A DNA stretch of 64,000 nucleotides, from NCBI GenBank assembly GCA_963825055.1, contig CAWGSK010000009.1, forward strand, positions 96,001 to 160,000, given 5' to 3'. The stretch comes from an uncultured Gemmatimonadales bacterium. GTDB taxonomy: Bacteria > Gemmatimonadota > Gemmatimonadetes > Gemmatimonadales > GWC2-71-9. The notes beneath the pieces are model-generated. The model ran no database searches. It saw only the letters and a program-made list of their open reading frames with translations, and was not told where the DNA came from. This document shows, piece by piece, positions 29,389 through 39,475 of the stretch. Every line of letters begins with the position of its first letter. Position 1 is the first letter of the stretch. The translations under genes and the position numbers were made by a program.

Positions 29389-30233
29389 GCCGCGGGTCCC
29401 GTCGCCACGGGCGTCTCGATGCGGGAGCCCCACTCGGTCCAGCTGCCGTCGTATACGGGATGTCCGGGGAATCCGGCCAGGTCCAGCGCCAGGGTGAGGG
29501 CGCACGCACTCACCCCGGAGCCGCACAGCGTGACCACCGGTTCGGCGGGGTCGAGGCCGGCCCCCTCAAAAAGGGCCCGCAGTTCCGCCGGCGGGCGAAG
29601 GGTCCCGTCATCGCGTACCAGTTCGGTATAGGGCAGGTTGCGACTGCCGGGGATGTGGCCGGAACGCACGCCGGAGCGCGGCTCGGGTGCGGCGCCCTCA
29701 AACCGCTCCCGGCTCCGCGCGTCGAGCACCTGCGCGCCCGGCGGCAGGGACCGCATGGCGGCCAGGTCGCGCACCATCGCGTCGTTCCGGCGTGCCTCGA
29801 ATGCCGCCGGTTGATGCCTGACCGGGCCGGATTCCAGCGGATACCCCAGGGCCTTCCAGCGTACCAGGCCCCCGTCGAGCACCCTGACCCGTGAATGCCC
29901 GAACACGCGGAACGTCCACCAGAGACGGGGCGCACTCAGGTTGACACCTGAGCCGTCATACACGACGATCTCATGACGGTTGCCGAGGCCGAGGGCTCCT
30001 GCGGTGCGCGCGAACGCTGAAGGGGCCGGCAGCATGTGCGGCAGGCCCGATGCGGGGTCGCTGACGGCATCGAGGTCCAGGAACACTGCCCCGGGGATGT
30101 GCCCGGCGAGGTACTCGGCATGCGCATTCCGTCCCGCTGAGGGGAGGTACCATGATCCATCGACGATGCGCAGCGCGTCGTCCTGGAGCCGGGCACGAAG
30201 TTCTTCGGCCCGGCAGAGTGGCGAGGGAAGCAT
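29385..30233 (-). CDS. sseA: 3-mercaptopyruvate sulfurtransferase (tandem rhodanese)
   Basis: GHIPGA twice, active loop CGSGVSA, YDGSWTEW. Confidence 0.9.
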   Translation of the reverse strand: MLPSPLCRAEELRARLQDDALRIVDGSWYLPSAGRNAHAEYLAGHIPGAVFLDLDAVSDPASGLPHMLPAPSAFARTAGALGLGNRHEIVVYDGSGVNLSAPRLWWTFRVFGHSRVRVLDGGLVRWKALGYPLESGPVRHQPAAFEARRNDAMVRDLAAMRSLPPGAQVLDARSRERFEGAAPEPRSGVRSGHIPGSRNLPYTELVRDDGTLRPPAELRALFEGAGLDPAEPVVTLCGSGVSACALTLALDLAGFPGHPVYDGSWTEWGSRIETPVATGPAA

Positions 30234-30292
30234 GGCCCCACTATCGAACCGGATGGTGGCCGGCGCAAGGGTGGCGGCGGATCCTGCCGGCG

Positions 30293-30913
30293 ATGCTTGC
30301 GGCCCTGGGGATGCTGCCGGCGATCATCGGTGGAACCCTCCATGCGCAGGAGGGGACGCTCGAAGCGGAGATCATGCGGGCAATGAACCGCGTCCGGCAG
30401 GACCCGCCAGCGTACGCCCGTGATCTCGAGGCGCTGCTGGCGCGCTTCGACGGCAAGGTGCTCCGGCGGGATGGCCGCCCCCGTCTGGAAACCACGGAGG
30501 GCCCTTCCGCGGTGCGGGAAGCCATCTCGGCGCTCCGCCACCTGTCGCCGCGACCTGCACTGCGTCCCGCCGGGGGGCTTGCACACGCAGCCCGGGACCA
30601 CGTCCGGGATCAGGGGCCCCGGGGTGGTGTCGGCCACACCGGCTCCGACGGAAGCACCACGGCCGGGCGGGTTTCGCGCTACGGAACATGGGAGGTGGTG
30701 GTGAGCGAGAACATCGCATACGGGCCGCTGACGGCACGCGAGGTCGTGATGCAGCTGGTGGTGGACGACGGGGTGCCCGGGCGGGGACACCGCCGGAATC
30801 TGCTCGACCCCGACGTCCGCGTGGCGGGAGTGGCGTGCGGCCCCCATGTCACGTGGGGGCAGGTGTGTGTGATCGACTACGCCGGCGGCTACACCACCTC
30901 CCCGGCGCGATAG
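30293..30913 (+). CDS. CAP (SCP-like) domain secreted protein
   Basis: GHTGSDGS, ENIAYG, GHRRNLL, GVACG. Start approximate. Confidence 0.85.
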   Translation: MLAALGMLPAIIGGTLHAQEGTLEAEIMRAMNRVRQDPPAYARDLEALLARFDGKVLRRDGRPRLETTEGPSAVREAISALRHLSPRPALRPAGGLAHAARDHVRDQGPRGGVGHTGSDGSTTAGRVSRYGTWEVVVSENIAYGPLTAREVVMQLVVDDGVPGRGHRRNLLDPDVRVAGVACGPHVTWGQVCVIDYAGGYTTSPAR

Positions 30914-31659
30914 AGGTCCGCGGCGGCGATGAATGCGCGGAACAGTGCCCGCGTGTGTACGTCGGACGGCTCGAAGATTTCAGGGTGCCATTGTACCCCG
31001 ACCAGGAACTGCCCGCCGTCCAGCTCGACCGCCTCGATGAGCCCGTCGGGGGCCACTGCCGAAGGCGTCAGGAACGGGGCCAGGTTGCGGATGCCCTGAT
31101 GGTGCATGCTGTTCACCAGGGCGGTGTCCCGTCCCATGGCGTCCTGGAGCCGGGTGCCCGGCGTCAGCGCCACCTCGTGGGCGAGGTGGCCACGGTCGTA
31201 CCCCTGGGTCGGGAAGTAATCGTGCTTGATCGCTCCCGGGTATTCGGATTCCAGGTCCTGGTACAGGGTCCCGCCCAGTGCGACGTTGATGACCTGCACC
31301 CCGCGGCAGAGGCCGAGCAATGGTTTGTGGTCCTCGATGGCCCAGCGAGTCAGTTGCAGCTCCACCCGGTCACGCGCCGGGTCCACCCGCCCAAGGCTCG
31401 GGTGGGGGGGCTCGCCGTAGGTGTCTGGACTGAGGTCCACCCCGCCCGGGATCAGGATCCCGTCGAGCCGCTCGTAGATCTCCCGGAGCGTGGCCGAGTC
31501 CTTGTCCAGCAGCGGCACCATCCAGGGCACGGCCCCGACTTCCGCCGCCACGTGAAAATACCGCTGGTTCATGACCCAGGAGTCCGGCAGCCCCTCGGGG
31601 ATGCCGTCGATGGAATGCAGGGTCTGGGTGGTGAGTCCGATCACCGGTCGCTGCGTCAC
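30889..31659 (-). CDS. Gamma-glutamyl hydrolase, peptidase C26 / PuuD-like
   Basis: PGGVD, GLCRG catalytic Cys, VNSMHHQ, VQWHPE. Confidence 0.9.
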   Translation of the reverse strand: MTQRPVIGLTTQTLHSIDGIPEGLPDSWVMNQRYFHVAAEVGAVPWMVPLLDKDSATLREIYERLDGILIPGGVDLSPDTYGEPPHPSLGRVDPARDRVELQLTRWAIEDHKPLLGLCRGVQVINVALGGTLYQDLESEYPGAIKHDYFPTQGYDRGHLAHEVALTPGTRLQDAMGRDTALVNSMHHQGIRNLAPFLTPSAVAPDGLIEAVELDGGQFLVGVQWHPEIFEPSDVHTRALFRAFIAAADLYRAGEVV

Positions 31660-31696
31660 GCCTGCTCCTGTGCTGCTGGTTGAGTGCCCGGACCGG

Positions 31697-32803
31697 TCAG
31701 TCCAGGCCTTCGCCCGTCTCCCGTATCAACTGGTCCACTACTGCCGTAAGTTCCCCGGTCTTTTCGTACGTGGCCAGTTGCCGGTCGGCGCTGGACCCTT
31801 CATCCAGGATCCGGTACGCATACTCGATTTCCTTCCGGCTCCCCAGTTCGTCAGCCATGTCGCCGATGAACCACTCGATCAACTCCCGTATCAAATGCCG
31901 TGCCGGGAGCTCTTCCTGCTTCCCGAAGTCGATCAGCTTCCCGTCGAGGCCATATCGCACGGCCCGCCACTTGTTTTCCTCGATCAGGTCCGAGGGATAG
32001 ACCCGAAAGGTGATATTGTCCCGCCGCATCTGCCAGAGCCTGGCCACCACGGCCTGGACAATGGCGGCAATGCAGACGGCCTCGTCCACCCGGGTGCACA
32101 CATCGCAGATCCGGAATTCCAGGGTCGGATAGTTGTGGTTGGGCCGGACATCCCACCAGATCTTGCCCCCGTGAGGAACACATCCCGTCTTGATCAGCGT
32201 CTCCAGGTAATAGGAATAGTCCCCCCAGCTCGGGACAATCCGGGGCACGCCCGTCCTGGGAAAGCTGCGGAAGACCACGCTCCGGTAGCTCTTCAGTTCC
32301 GTCTTCCGCCCCATCCAGAAGGGCGAACTCGTGCTCAGGCAGAGGATGTGGGGCAGGATGTAGCGGGCAACGTTCATCGCGTCCACCAGGAACTCGCGAT
32401 CCTCGATGCCGATATGCACGTGGGTACCGAAAATCAGGAGCTGCTGGGCCAGGTCGCCCATCTGCTCCCGGAGGCCGAGGTAGTGGTCCATCTGGGTGAT
32501 CGGCTGGGTTGTCCATGAGCTGAACGGATGCGTGCCCGCCGCCGCGATCGCGCATCCATGCCTGCCCGCCAGCTCGCTCACACCCCGCCGGAGCCGGACC
32601 AGTTCAGCACGCACCTCAGCGGGTGTCTGGCACACTGTCGTGCCCACCTCGACGATCGACTGGTGCAGTTCGGGCTTCACCTGTTCCAGGAGAATGTGGT
32701 CGTCCGCCAGGATCTGGGAGATGTACGACTGCAGTTCCCGGCTCCCCGGATCGATGATCTGGTATTCCTCCTCGACGCCGATCGTGAGTGACGGGGCCTT
32801 CAT
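31697..32803 (-). CDS. Carboxylate-amine ligase, YbdK/GCS2 family
   Basis: [48 protein letters not shown]. Confidence 0.92.
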   Translation of the reverse strand: MKAPSLTIGVEEEYQIIDPGSRELQSYISQILADDHILLEQVKPELHQSIVEVGTTVCQTPAEVRAELVRLRRGVSELAGRHGCAIAAAGTHPFSSWTTQPITQMDHYLGLREQMGDLAQQLLIFGTHVHIGIEDREFLVDAMNVARYILPHILCLSTSSPFWMGRKTELKSYRSVVFRSFPRTGVPRIVPSWGDYSYYLETLIKTGCVPHGGKIWWDVRPNHNYPTLEFRICDVCTRVDEAVCIAAIVQAVVARLWQMRRDNITFRVYPSDLIEENKWRAVRYGLDGKLIDFGKQEELPARHLIRELIEWFIGDMADELGSRKEIEYAYRILDEGSSADRQLATYEKTGELTAVVDQLIRETGEGLD

Positions 32804-32825
32804 GGATCCACCTCAGGTTGGGGAA

Positions 32826-34172
32826 CTACCGCGGCTCCACGATAAACGTCGGAACGGTGCTGCCTCCGCCGGCGGTGACGTTGAGCAGCGGATCGGTCGA
32901 AAGACGGGTGAGGCAGCCCTGGGCGTAGGCCCCGTGACTCACGAAGGGGGCGGTGTCGATCATCCGGTCGGTAATGCTCAGCCGACCGTCCACCAGGGAG
33001 GGATACGGCTCGGTGGGGACCTGGACGCGGCGCTGCACGATATACGGGATGGAAAGGGCGCGGGCGATGGCCGCCTCCCACGCGATATCATCCACCATCC
33101 AGCCCAGCACGATCCCGGCGCCTCCGTAATCGTCATTGGGCTTGAGCACCAGCCATTCGCGGTGCTTCTGCATGAAAGCGACGAGATCGACCTCCTCGCC
33201 GTGATACATCGTGCGGCGTTCCTCCACGATCCGCGTCCAGGGAATGAACGCCCGTATGGCCTCGCGCTCATCCAGGGAAAAGAGGTGGGCGTTCCGTTCG
33301 TCGTCCAGCACGCCCAGGCTGGCCTTCTTGTGGAGAACCTTGCAGCGGAACGGGTTCACCATGCAGGCCTTGCCGTCCCGCACCGCACGGACCAGGGGCT
33401 GGTCGAGCCCGCCGTGGGCCACCAGCTCACTCAGCAGGACCCGCTTGTACACCAGGTCCACTATTTCGCCACCGGCCACCAGCCGGCCCTGCCGGTACTC
33501 GAGGGCCTCCGGCGTGGTGATGATGCAGGGAAAGCCGAGGTCGTGGAAATACTGGCGGAAGAGCTCGAACTCTCCCCGCGTGGGCACGTCGTCCCAGTCC
33601 ACGATGGCGATGCGCGGCCGGCTCCGGGTGCCGGAGAACTGCTCCCACGCGTCGAGGAGGACGTGGAGGACCCCGTGTCGCGCCCCGAGGGGGCGGAGTT
33701 CGAAGTCCCGCTCGAAGGCCCGCATGACCGGCAGGGTTTCGAAGGCCGCGGCCAGGGCGTCGTGGAAGCCCGGTCCGGCCGGGGTCTCGGCGTTGTACTC
33801 GGTCAGTCCCATCTCCCCGGTCGCGTCCACCAGGAAGAAGTCAGGCCGGGAGGTGGGGCACGGGTGCCGGAAGCCGGGGTCGGGCTCGAGCATCGATTCC
33901 TCCCAGTCCAGCAGTCCGAACTGCGCACGGAATCCGCGGTCGGCCAGGGCTGCCGCATAGGCCTTCCCGAAGGCGCTTCCCAGCAGCCCCACCCGGCCCT
34001 GCAGCCGCCGGTGGTGGAGCGGGCTCATGAGCCGGGGGCGGAGCACGGTACAGAGCGGCCGGTCGCCGAAGTAGAGATGCCGGCGCTGAAGCTGCCCGTC
34101 GAGCATCTCTTGTGACGCCTCGGCAACCTCGTCGGTAAGGAGCTCGTGGTACCGCTGGATCGCGTCAATCAC
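32826..34172 (-). CDS. Circularly permuted ATP-grasp ligase (glutathionylspermidine synthase-like)
   Basis: [46 protein letters not shown]. Confidence 0.75.
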   Translation of the reverse strand: MIDAIQRYHELLTDEVAEASQEMLDGQLQRRHLYFGDRPLCTVLRPRLMSPLHHRRLQGRVGLLGSAFGKAYAAALADRGFRAQFGLLDWEESMLEPDPGFRHPCPTSRPDFFLVDATGEMGLTEYNAETPAGPGFHDALAAAFETLPVMRAFERDFELRPLGARHGVLHVLLDAWEQFSGTRSRPRIAIVDWDDVPTRGEFELFRQYFHDLGFPCIITTPEALEYRQGRLVAGGEIVDLVYKRVLLSELVAHGGLDQPLVRAVRDGKACMVNPFRCKVLHKKASLGVLDDERNAHLFSLDEREAIRAFIPWTRIVEERRTMYHGEEVDLVAFMQKHREWLVLKPNDDYGGAGIVLGWMVDDIAWEAAIARALSIPYIVQRRVQVPTEPYPSLVDGRLSITDRMIDTAPFVSHGAYAQGCLTRLSTDPLLNVTAGGGSTVPTFIVEPR

Positions 34173-35121
34173 CCCGAGTGCCCTGTCCGGTGCGGGCCGC
34201 GGTGAAAAGCGTGCTCCACTTGAGGGAGCGGGACTGACGGCGCGGGTGCTTCGCGAGGCGGATCGCGAGGTCCGCCATGTGGCTCACGACCCACTCGAAG
34301 TAGTGCGGGGTGAGGCTGTTGACGTCCATGTCCGGGGCGGGGTTCATGAAGTCGATGGCATACGGAACGCCGTCACGGACGGCAAATTCCAGCGAGTCCA
34401 TGTCGTAACCGAGCGCGCCGCAGAGCGTGCGGCAGTCCCGCACGATGCGCTCGCCGAGGGCGGGCGACAGGTGCTCATGCTCGACCAGGTAGCGCCGCTC
34501 CCCCGGATCCCACTTCATGGGCAGCACGTCCTCCTGCCCGAGGCAGATGCAGCGGACGAAGTGCTCGAACTCGATGAACTCCTGCACGATCATGGTCAGG
34601 AGGCCCGAGTTGTTGTAATGGTGGAGCAGTTCCTCCCTGGTCCGGCAGACGTAGACCTCCTTCCATCCACCGCCATGCGCATCCTTCAGGATGCACGGCA
34701 TGCCCACGTACTCGATGACCGCGTCCCAGTCGAGCGGATACTCGAGGTTCCGCAGGCTCTCGTCATGCACGATGCCGGGGATGTAGGACTTGTTCGGCAG
34801 GGCCATCGTCTTCGGGCTGGCGACCCCCAGTCGAGTGGCAAGGGCCGCCCCGAAGAACTTGTCGTCCGCCGACCACATGAACGGGTTGTTGATCACGGTG
34901 GCACCCTGTACCAGGGCCTGCTTCAGGTACGTCCGGTAATACGGCACCTCGTGCGAGATCCGGTCGATAATCACGTCATAGCCGCGCGGCGCCTCCATGG
35001 AGGTCGCGCCGATCTTGACGTACTCCGCCGTGACCCCGGCATCCCTCCGGTGCACCTCTTCAATGAAGGCCGGCGGAAACGACCACTCCCTTCCCACCAT
35101 GAGCCCTACGCGCCTGGTCAT
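34165..35121 (-). CDS. RimK/GshB-like ATP-grasp ligase
   Basis: VIIDRISH, INNPFMWSADDKF, ILKDAHGGGW, VQEFI, AIDFMNPAPD. Confidence 0.8.
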   Translation of the reverse strand: MTRRVGLMVGREWSFPPAFIEEVHRRDAGVTAEYVKIGATSMEAPRGYDVIIDRISHEVPYYRTYLKQALVQGATVINNPFMWSADDKFFGAALATRLGVASPKTMALPNKSYIPGIVHDESLRNLEYPLDWDAVIEYVGMPCILKDAHGGGWKEVYVCRTREELLHHYNNSGLLTMIVQEFIEFEHFVRCICLGQEDVLPMKWDPGERRYLVEHEHLSPALGERIVRDCRTLCGALGYDMDSLEFAVRDGVPYAIDFMNPAPDMDVNSLTPHYFEWVVSHMADLAIRLAKHPRRQSRSLKWSTLFTAARTGQGTRGD

Positions 35122-35138
35122 CCCTCGCTCCTGTCGTA

Positions 35139-35858
35139 TCAGTCATGCCCGCCGATGTACTGCAGGATCATCCGCTCCCAGAAGGGCCAGTCATGGGCCC
35201 AGCCGTCCCACACGCGCAGCGCGTTCCCGATACCCTTGTCCCACAGGATTCCGGAAAATGCGCGGTTGTTGCCGCAGGCCGGGTCATCCTCCCCGATGGC
35301 CAGGATGATATCCACGCGCCGCATGGCCTCGAGCCGGCCGGGATCGTGTTCCCCCGGGACAAAAGCGGCTGGATTGCACGCGTACACGTTCTCGTCGGAA
35401 AACCCGCCCGTAAGACGGGTGATGTCGTACAGGCCGCTCAGGCCGATAATCCGCTGCACCATGTCGGGATGGCGGAGCCCGAAGCACGCGGCCTGGTAGG
35501 CCCCCAGGCTGGCGCCGGTCGTCATCAGGAACGGGTTGTCGTTCCGCTGCCGGGTAAGTGGGACGACTTCCTCGGCGAGATAACGGTCGTACTCGAGGTG
35601 CCGCCATGCACGCGCGCCGGGGTGCTTCCACTCGGCATTCCAGGTTTCAGCATTCACCTGATCCACACACCACAGCTGGATCCAGCCGCGGTGCAGGTGT
35701 TCACCCAGCACCTCGTGCATCCGGCGGTCCGGCCACTCGTGGCAGGTGCCCATTGAGGTGGGGAAAACAAGGACCCTGGCTCCGGCGTGGCCGAAGACCA
35801 GGAGGTCCATCTCCCGGCCGAGGGCCGGGCTGTGCCAGCGATGGTGCTCGGTGTGCAC
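35139..35858 (-). CDS. Putative esterase (alpha/beta hydrolase)
   Basis: WHSPALGREM, FGHAG, FPTS, GASLG, HDW. GTG start with GAGG RBS. Confidence 0.85.
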   Translation of the reverse strand: MHTEHHRWHSPALGREMDLLVFGHAGARVLVFPTSMGTCHEWPDRRMHEVLGEHLHRGWIQLWCVDQVNAETWNAEWKHPGARAWRHLEYDRYLAEEVVPLTRQRNDNPFLMTTGASLGAYQAACFGLRHPDMVQRIIGLSGLYDITRLTGGFSDENVYACNPAAFVPGEHDPGRLEAMRRVDIILAIGEDDPACGNNRAFSGILWDKGIGNALRVWDGWAHDWPFWERMILQYIGGHD

Positions 35859-35933
35859 GGCGCCTCGTGGTTGCGGTAACGGGCCACGGCCGGTTTTCCA
35901 AGATAGCACGGTCCCCAATGCCACCGACACAAC

Positions 35934-35963
35934 GCGCCCCGGGGGGTGAACCCCCGGGGCGCT
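35934..35963. terminator. Strong hairpin downstream of the DUF4097 gene
   Basis: GCGCCCCGGGGG-GTGAA-CCCCCGGGGCGC. Confidence 0.65.
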
Positions 35964-35985
35964 CGTGCAGCGGTGGTGCGGGCCT

Positions 35986-36807
35986 TCAGCTACCGTGGCG
36001 GAGTTGCACCGACCCGTTGGTGGTCACCACCCGGACCGGGGGTCCACCCTGGCCCAGATCCAGGGTGAGCCGGTCACGGTTCACCCTGCCCTGCACGGTG
36101 ACGGGAAAATCCACCTGCAGCGAACCGTTGACCGTACCGGTCTCGAGACTGGCGGAATAGCCCTCGGGGATCGTCAGGCGCACGCCGCCGTTGGTGGTCT
36201 GGAGATTGAGGCCGGTGCCGTCCCAGTGGTCGCCGGCGAGGTCGGCATGGATGCCGCCGTTGGTGGTGCGGCCCTCAACGTCACCCGCGGCCCCGGACAG
36301 CGTGATGCCCCCGTTCACGGTCCGCATCCGGATCGTGCCGTGGACGTCGTTGATGGCGATGCCCCCGTTGGTGCTCCGCAGGTCGAGGTCCGCCGCGCGG
36401 GGCGCCTGTACCCGGTAGCTCGCCGACCACCACTCGCGCCGGCCCGTGTGGGGGCCATCCGCCTCCAGCCGGTTGCCGTCCGTACGCACCCGCACCTCCC
36501 GCAGCATTGCGGTGGCAGCGGCATCGTCCTCCGCATGGGCCGTGAGGCGGACGCGCACCACATAGCCGGATCCCCCGGATCCCTCGACACGGATGGAGCC
36601 GTTGGGCGTCGCATCCACGCGAAGCGGCTGGCGGCCGGAAAGCTCGATCTCCCGGACCTCGCAGGCCGTTACGCCCCGATCGGAATTACCCGCATCCCGG
36701 CACCAGTCCATGTCCGTGACCACATGGCCCTGGGCCGCCACGGGAAGGGCCACCAGGACCGTCAGGGCCAGGCCTGCGGCCCCCCGGCCCAGCCATGTCT
36801 CTACCAT
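35986..36807 (-). CDS. DUF4097 family beta-strand repeat protein
   Basis: Signal peptide and repeated (S/T)TNGGI units. Confidence 0.8.
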   Translation of the reverse strand: MVETWLGRGAAGLALTVLVALPVAAQGHVVTDMDWCRDAGNSDRGVTACEVREIELSGRQPLRVDATPNGSIRVEGSGGSGYVVRVRLTAHAEDDAAATAMLREVRVRTDGNRLEADGPHTGRREWWSASYRVQAPRAADLDLRSTNGGIAINDVHGTIRMRTVNGGITLSGAAGDVEGRTTNGGIHADLAGDHWDGTGLNLQTTNGGVRLTIPEGYSASLETGTVNGSLQVDFPVTVQGRVNRDRLTLDLGQGGPPVRVVTTNGSVQLRHGS

Positions 36808-36929
36808 CGTGTCTCCTTGCTGGGGTATACCATGTTGGACGGGTCGAGCCGTCAAAAGGTTGCTGGACGCGCCCGCGGTGCGATTCGGCGCAAGTCGCGG
36901 TGTTGCAACGAACTGGGGTGTTCCGCACC

Positions 36930-36945
36930 TGTGACAGCGCTCACT
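36930..36945. promoter_or_regulatory. CRP/FNR-type palindrome (near consensus)
   Basis: TGTGA-CAGCGC-TCACT between divergent genes. Confidence 0.45.
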
Positions 36946-37025
36946 GCCTCGCCCCCGGGGATCCGGTATGTTGGCATTGTGCCGGCGACGGCACCTCTCA
37001 CATTCCGAATACTGAGGAGACGGTC

Positions 37026-37247
37026 ATGAATGAGAATACGCTGGAAGGCAACTGGAAACAGGCCAAGGGAAAAGTTCGCGAACAGTGGGGCAAGCTCACC
37101 AACGACGATCTCGACGTGATCAACGGGAAGCGCGAGCAGCTCGTGGGGAAGATCCAGGAGCGCTACGGCAAGGCCCGTGACGAAGTCGAGCGCGAGGTGA
37201 AGGAGTGGGAGCGCACCAACAACTTCGGCTCGGAACCACGCGCCTGA
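37026..37247 (+). CDS. CsbD/YjbJ family stress protein
   Basis: GNWKQAKGKVREQWGKLTNDDLDVINGKREQLVGKIQERYG, GAGGAG RBS. Confidence 0.93.
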   Translation: MNENTLEGNWKQAKGKVREQWGKLTNDDLDVINGKREQLVGKIQERYGKARDEVEREVKEWERTNNFGSEPRA

Positions 37248-37338
37248 TTCGGCTCACCGGGGGAGGTGCGTGCGCGTCCCCCGGCACCCCGGCCGGGCCC
37301 CGGCCGGACGATCAACCTGAATAGAGGAGGCAGGCTCG

Positions 37339-37512
37339 ATGCTCCGGATGGCCCTGATTTTCTTCATCGTCGCGATCGTGGCGGCACTCCTCGGCTTCGG
37401 CGGCATTGCCGGCGCCGCAGCAGGCATCGCCAAGATCCTGTTCTACATCTTCCTCGCCGTGTTCGTCGTGGCGCTCATTCTCGGCCTGACAGCGGCGAAA
37501 CGGATCACCTGA
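37339..37512 (+). CDS. DUF1328 (YtjA-like) small membrane protein, 57 aa
   Basis: Read manually: [65 protein letters not shown]. Confidence 0.9.
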   Translation: MLRMALIFFIVAIVAALLGFGGIAGAAAGIAKILFYIFLAVFVVALILGLTAAKRIT

Positions 37513-37537
37513 CGATCCGGGAAGCGTGACAGCACAT

Positions 37538-37570
37538 CGCGCCCGACCCCCTGCGGGGGGCCGGGCGCGA
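37538..37570. terminator. Hairpin between convergent genes
   Basis: TCGCGCCCGACCCC-loop-GGGGCCGGGCGCGA. Confidence 0.65.
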
Positions 37571-37593
37571 GTGCATGTGCGGTAGCGCGAAGC

Positions 37594-37893
37594 CTACTCG
37601 CGGTCGCGGATCGCCCTGATCAGCTCCTGCTTGTCCATGGAACTGCGGCCTTCGATGTTCAGGTCCGCCGCGCGGTTCTGAAGCTCGTCGACGGTCCGGT
37701 CCTCGAGCCCGGTGTGGGGGTTACCGGTCCCCTGTGAGGCCTTGTTCGGCGTCCGGCCCTCTTCCCGCCGCTGCTTGTTCACGGTTCGCGCGGCGATTTC
37801 CTCCGCACGACTGGTGGACTTGCCACCCTCCTTCGCGCTGTCCCTGATGTGCTCGTATTGCCGCTCATCCTTCCTGCTCCAGGCCGATGGCAT
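37594..37893 (-). CDS. Small hydrophilic protein with C-terminal Rho-N-like motif
   Basis: KDERQYEHI...AEEIAARTVNK; TVDELQNRAADLNIEGRSSMDKQELI; AGGAGG RBS. Confidence 0.8.
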   Translation of the reverse strand: MPSAWSRKDERQYEHIRDSAKEGGKSTSRAEEIAARTVNKQRREEGRTPNKASQGTGNPHTGLEDRTVDELQNRAADLNIEGRSSMDKQELIRAIRDRE

Positions 37894-38034
37894 GGGATCC
37901 TCCTGTGCAATATGGTTTCATGGGTGGCGTACCACCCAATACCAGCATAGCATCCGTATCTGCGGGCTGCCGCGACGCATGTCACAACGGACCCGTCCCT
38001 TCGGCTCCCGCAGTCACCACTGACACCGAGGATC

Positions 38035-39090
38035 ATGTACTTCCTGGACTACACCTTCTACCACAACACCGTCCGAACCTGGCTGGTCTCCGCCGGCATC
38101 GGCCTGCTCACGTTCCTTGTCCTGACCGTCCTGGTCTCCCTCCTGGGCTCCCGGCTCCAGAAACTCGCGGACCGCACCACGAATCACTGGGACAACCTGG
38201 TGGCGCACGTGGTCTCGCACACCCGGAAGCTCTTCCTGCTGTTCGTCGCGCTGCATGCCGGCTCCCTCGCGCTGGAGTTGCCGCCACGAATCCGGGGGAT
38301 CATCGCCAGCCTTACCGTCCTCGCCCTGCTGGTTCAGGGCGGCATCTGGGCCACCGCGGCCCTCGCGTTCGCGCTGGACGACTACCGCGAGCGGAACTAC
38401 TCGGAGGACCGGGCTGCCGTGACGACGGTGAGCGCCCTGGGGTTCGTTGCCAGGGTGCTCGTCTGGTCCATTGCGCTGCTGCTCGCCCTCGACAACTTCG
38501 GGATCGACGTCACCGCGCTGATCGCGGGGCTGGGCATTGGCGGGATTGCCCTCGCGCTGGCCACGCAGAACATCCTGGGCGACCTGTTCGCCTCCCTCTC
38601 CATCGTGCTCGACAAGCCCTTCGTCCTGGGCGACTTCCTGAGCGTGGGGGACTTCCTGGGGAGCGTCGAGCACATCGGCCTCAAGACCACGCGGCTGCGG
38701 AGCCTCACGGGGGAACAGCTCGTCTTCTCCAACAGCGACCTGCTGGACTCGCGCATCCGGAACTACGGCCGGATGGCGGAGCGACGAGTGCTGTTCCAGG
38801 TGGGAGTGACCTACCAGACGCCGCGGGAACAGCTCGAGGCCATTCCCGGAATTATGAAGCGGGCGGTGGAGGACCACGACAATACCCGCTTCGACCGGGC
38901 GCATCTCGCCAGCTATGGGGATTTCTCGATTGTCTTCGAGATCGTGTATTACGTCCTGAGCCCGGACTACAACGCCTACATGGACGTGCAGCAGGACATC
39001 AACCTGTTCATCCACCGGGAATTCGAGGAGCAGGACATCAAGTTCGCCTACCCGACCCAGACGCTCTATCTGTCCCGCGCCTCCGGCTGA
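38035..39090 (+). CDS. MscS family mechanosensitive channel
   Basis: GLGIGGIALALATQNILGDLFAS, DKPFVLGD, GSVEHIGLKTT, FAYPTQ. Confidence 0.93.
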   Translation: MYFLDYTFYHNTVRTWLVSAGIGLLTFLVLTVLVSLLGSRLQKLADRTTNHWDNLVAHVVSHTRKLFLLFVALHAGSLALELPPRIRGIIASLTVLALLVQGGIWATAALAFALDDYRERNYSEDRAAVTTVSALGFVARVLVWSIALLLALDNFGIDVTALIAGLGIGGIALALATQNILGDLFASLSIVLDKPFVLGDFLSVGDFLGSVEHIGLKTTRLRSLTGEQLVFSNSDLLDSRIRNYGRMAERRVLFQVGVTYQTPREQLEAIPGIMKRAVEDHDNTRFDRAHLASYGDFSIVFEIVYYVLSPDYNAYMDVQQDINLFIHREFEEQDIKFAYPTQTLYLSRASG

Positions 39091-39437
39091 ACCGGGGGAG
39101 CGGGTGGGCGTCCGCCGGTAACCAGGAAGAGCACGGTCCCGCCGGCCATTCCCGCCAGACCGTCGATCACGGGGCCGAAAATGAGCGCCGGCCAGCGGTA
39201 CTCGTGCAGCAGCACCGCCAGGGCAATGGCCAGGAATGCCGAGCCACTGGCCGCCACCAGGCCGCCGGCGGCGGCATGGCCCACGCGCCGGACTGCGGTT
39301 GCACCGAACCAGCCACCGACAGCACACGCGATGCCGATGCCCAGCAGGGCGGAACTCGCGCTGACCACCCCACTGTAGTGCGCGGCCACCACCCGGGCCA
39401 GCTGGATGAGGGTCCCCACAACGACGTATCGCGCCAT
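39066..39437 (-). CDS. Hypothetical small membrane protein (about 4 TM)
   Basis: Gly/Ala-rich hydrophobic ORF downstream of the dehydrogenase. Confidence 0.55.
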   Translation of the reverse strand: MARYVVVGTLIQLARVVAAHYSGVVSASSALLGIGIACAVGGWFGATAVRRVGHAAAGGLVAASGSAFLAIALAVLLHEYRWPALIFGPVIDGLAGMAGGTVLFLVTGGRPPAPPVQPEARDR

Positions 39438-39475
39438 CGGAATCCGCTCGCCACGTGGATCCATCCGGCCTCCTC

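Noticed and set aside
37594..37893. Toxin-antitoxin or plasmid-stabilisation toxin
   Set aside because: No RelE/ParE-like pattern and no antitoxin neighbour. The context is stress genes.
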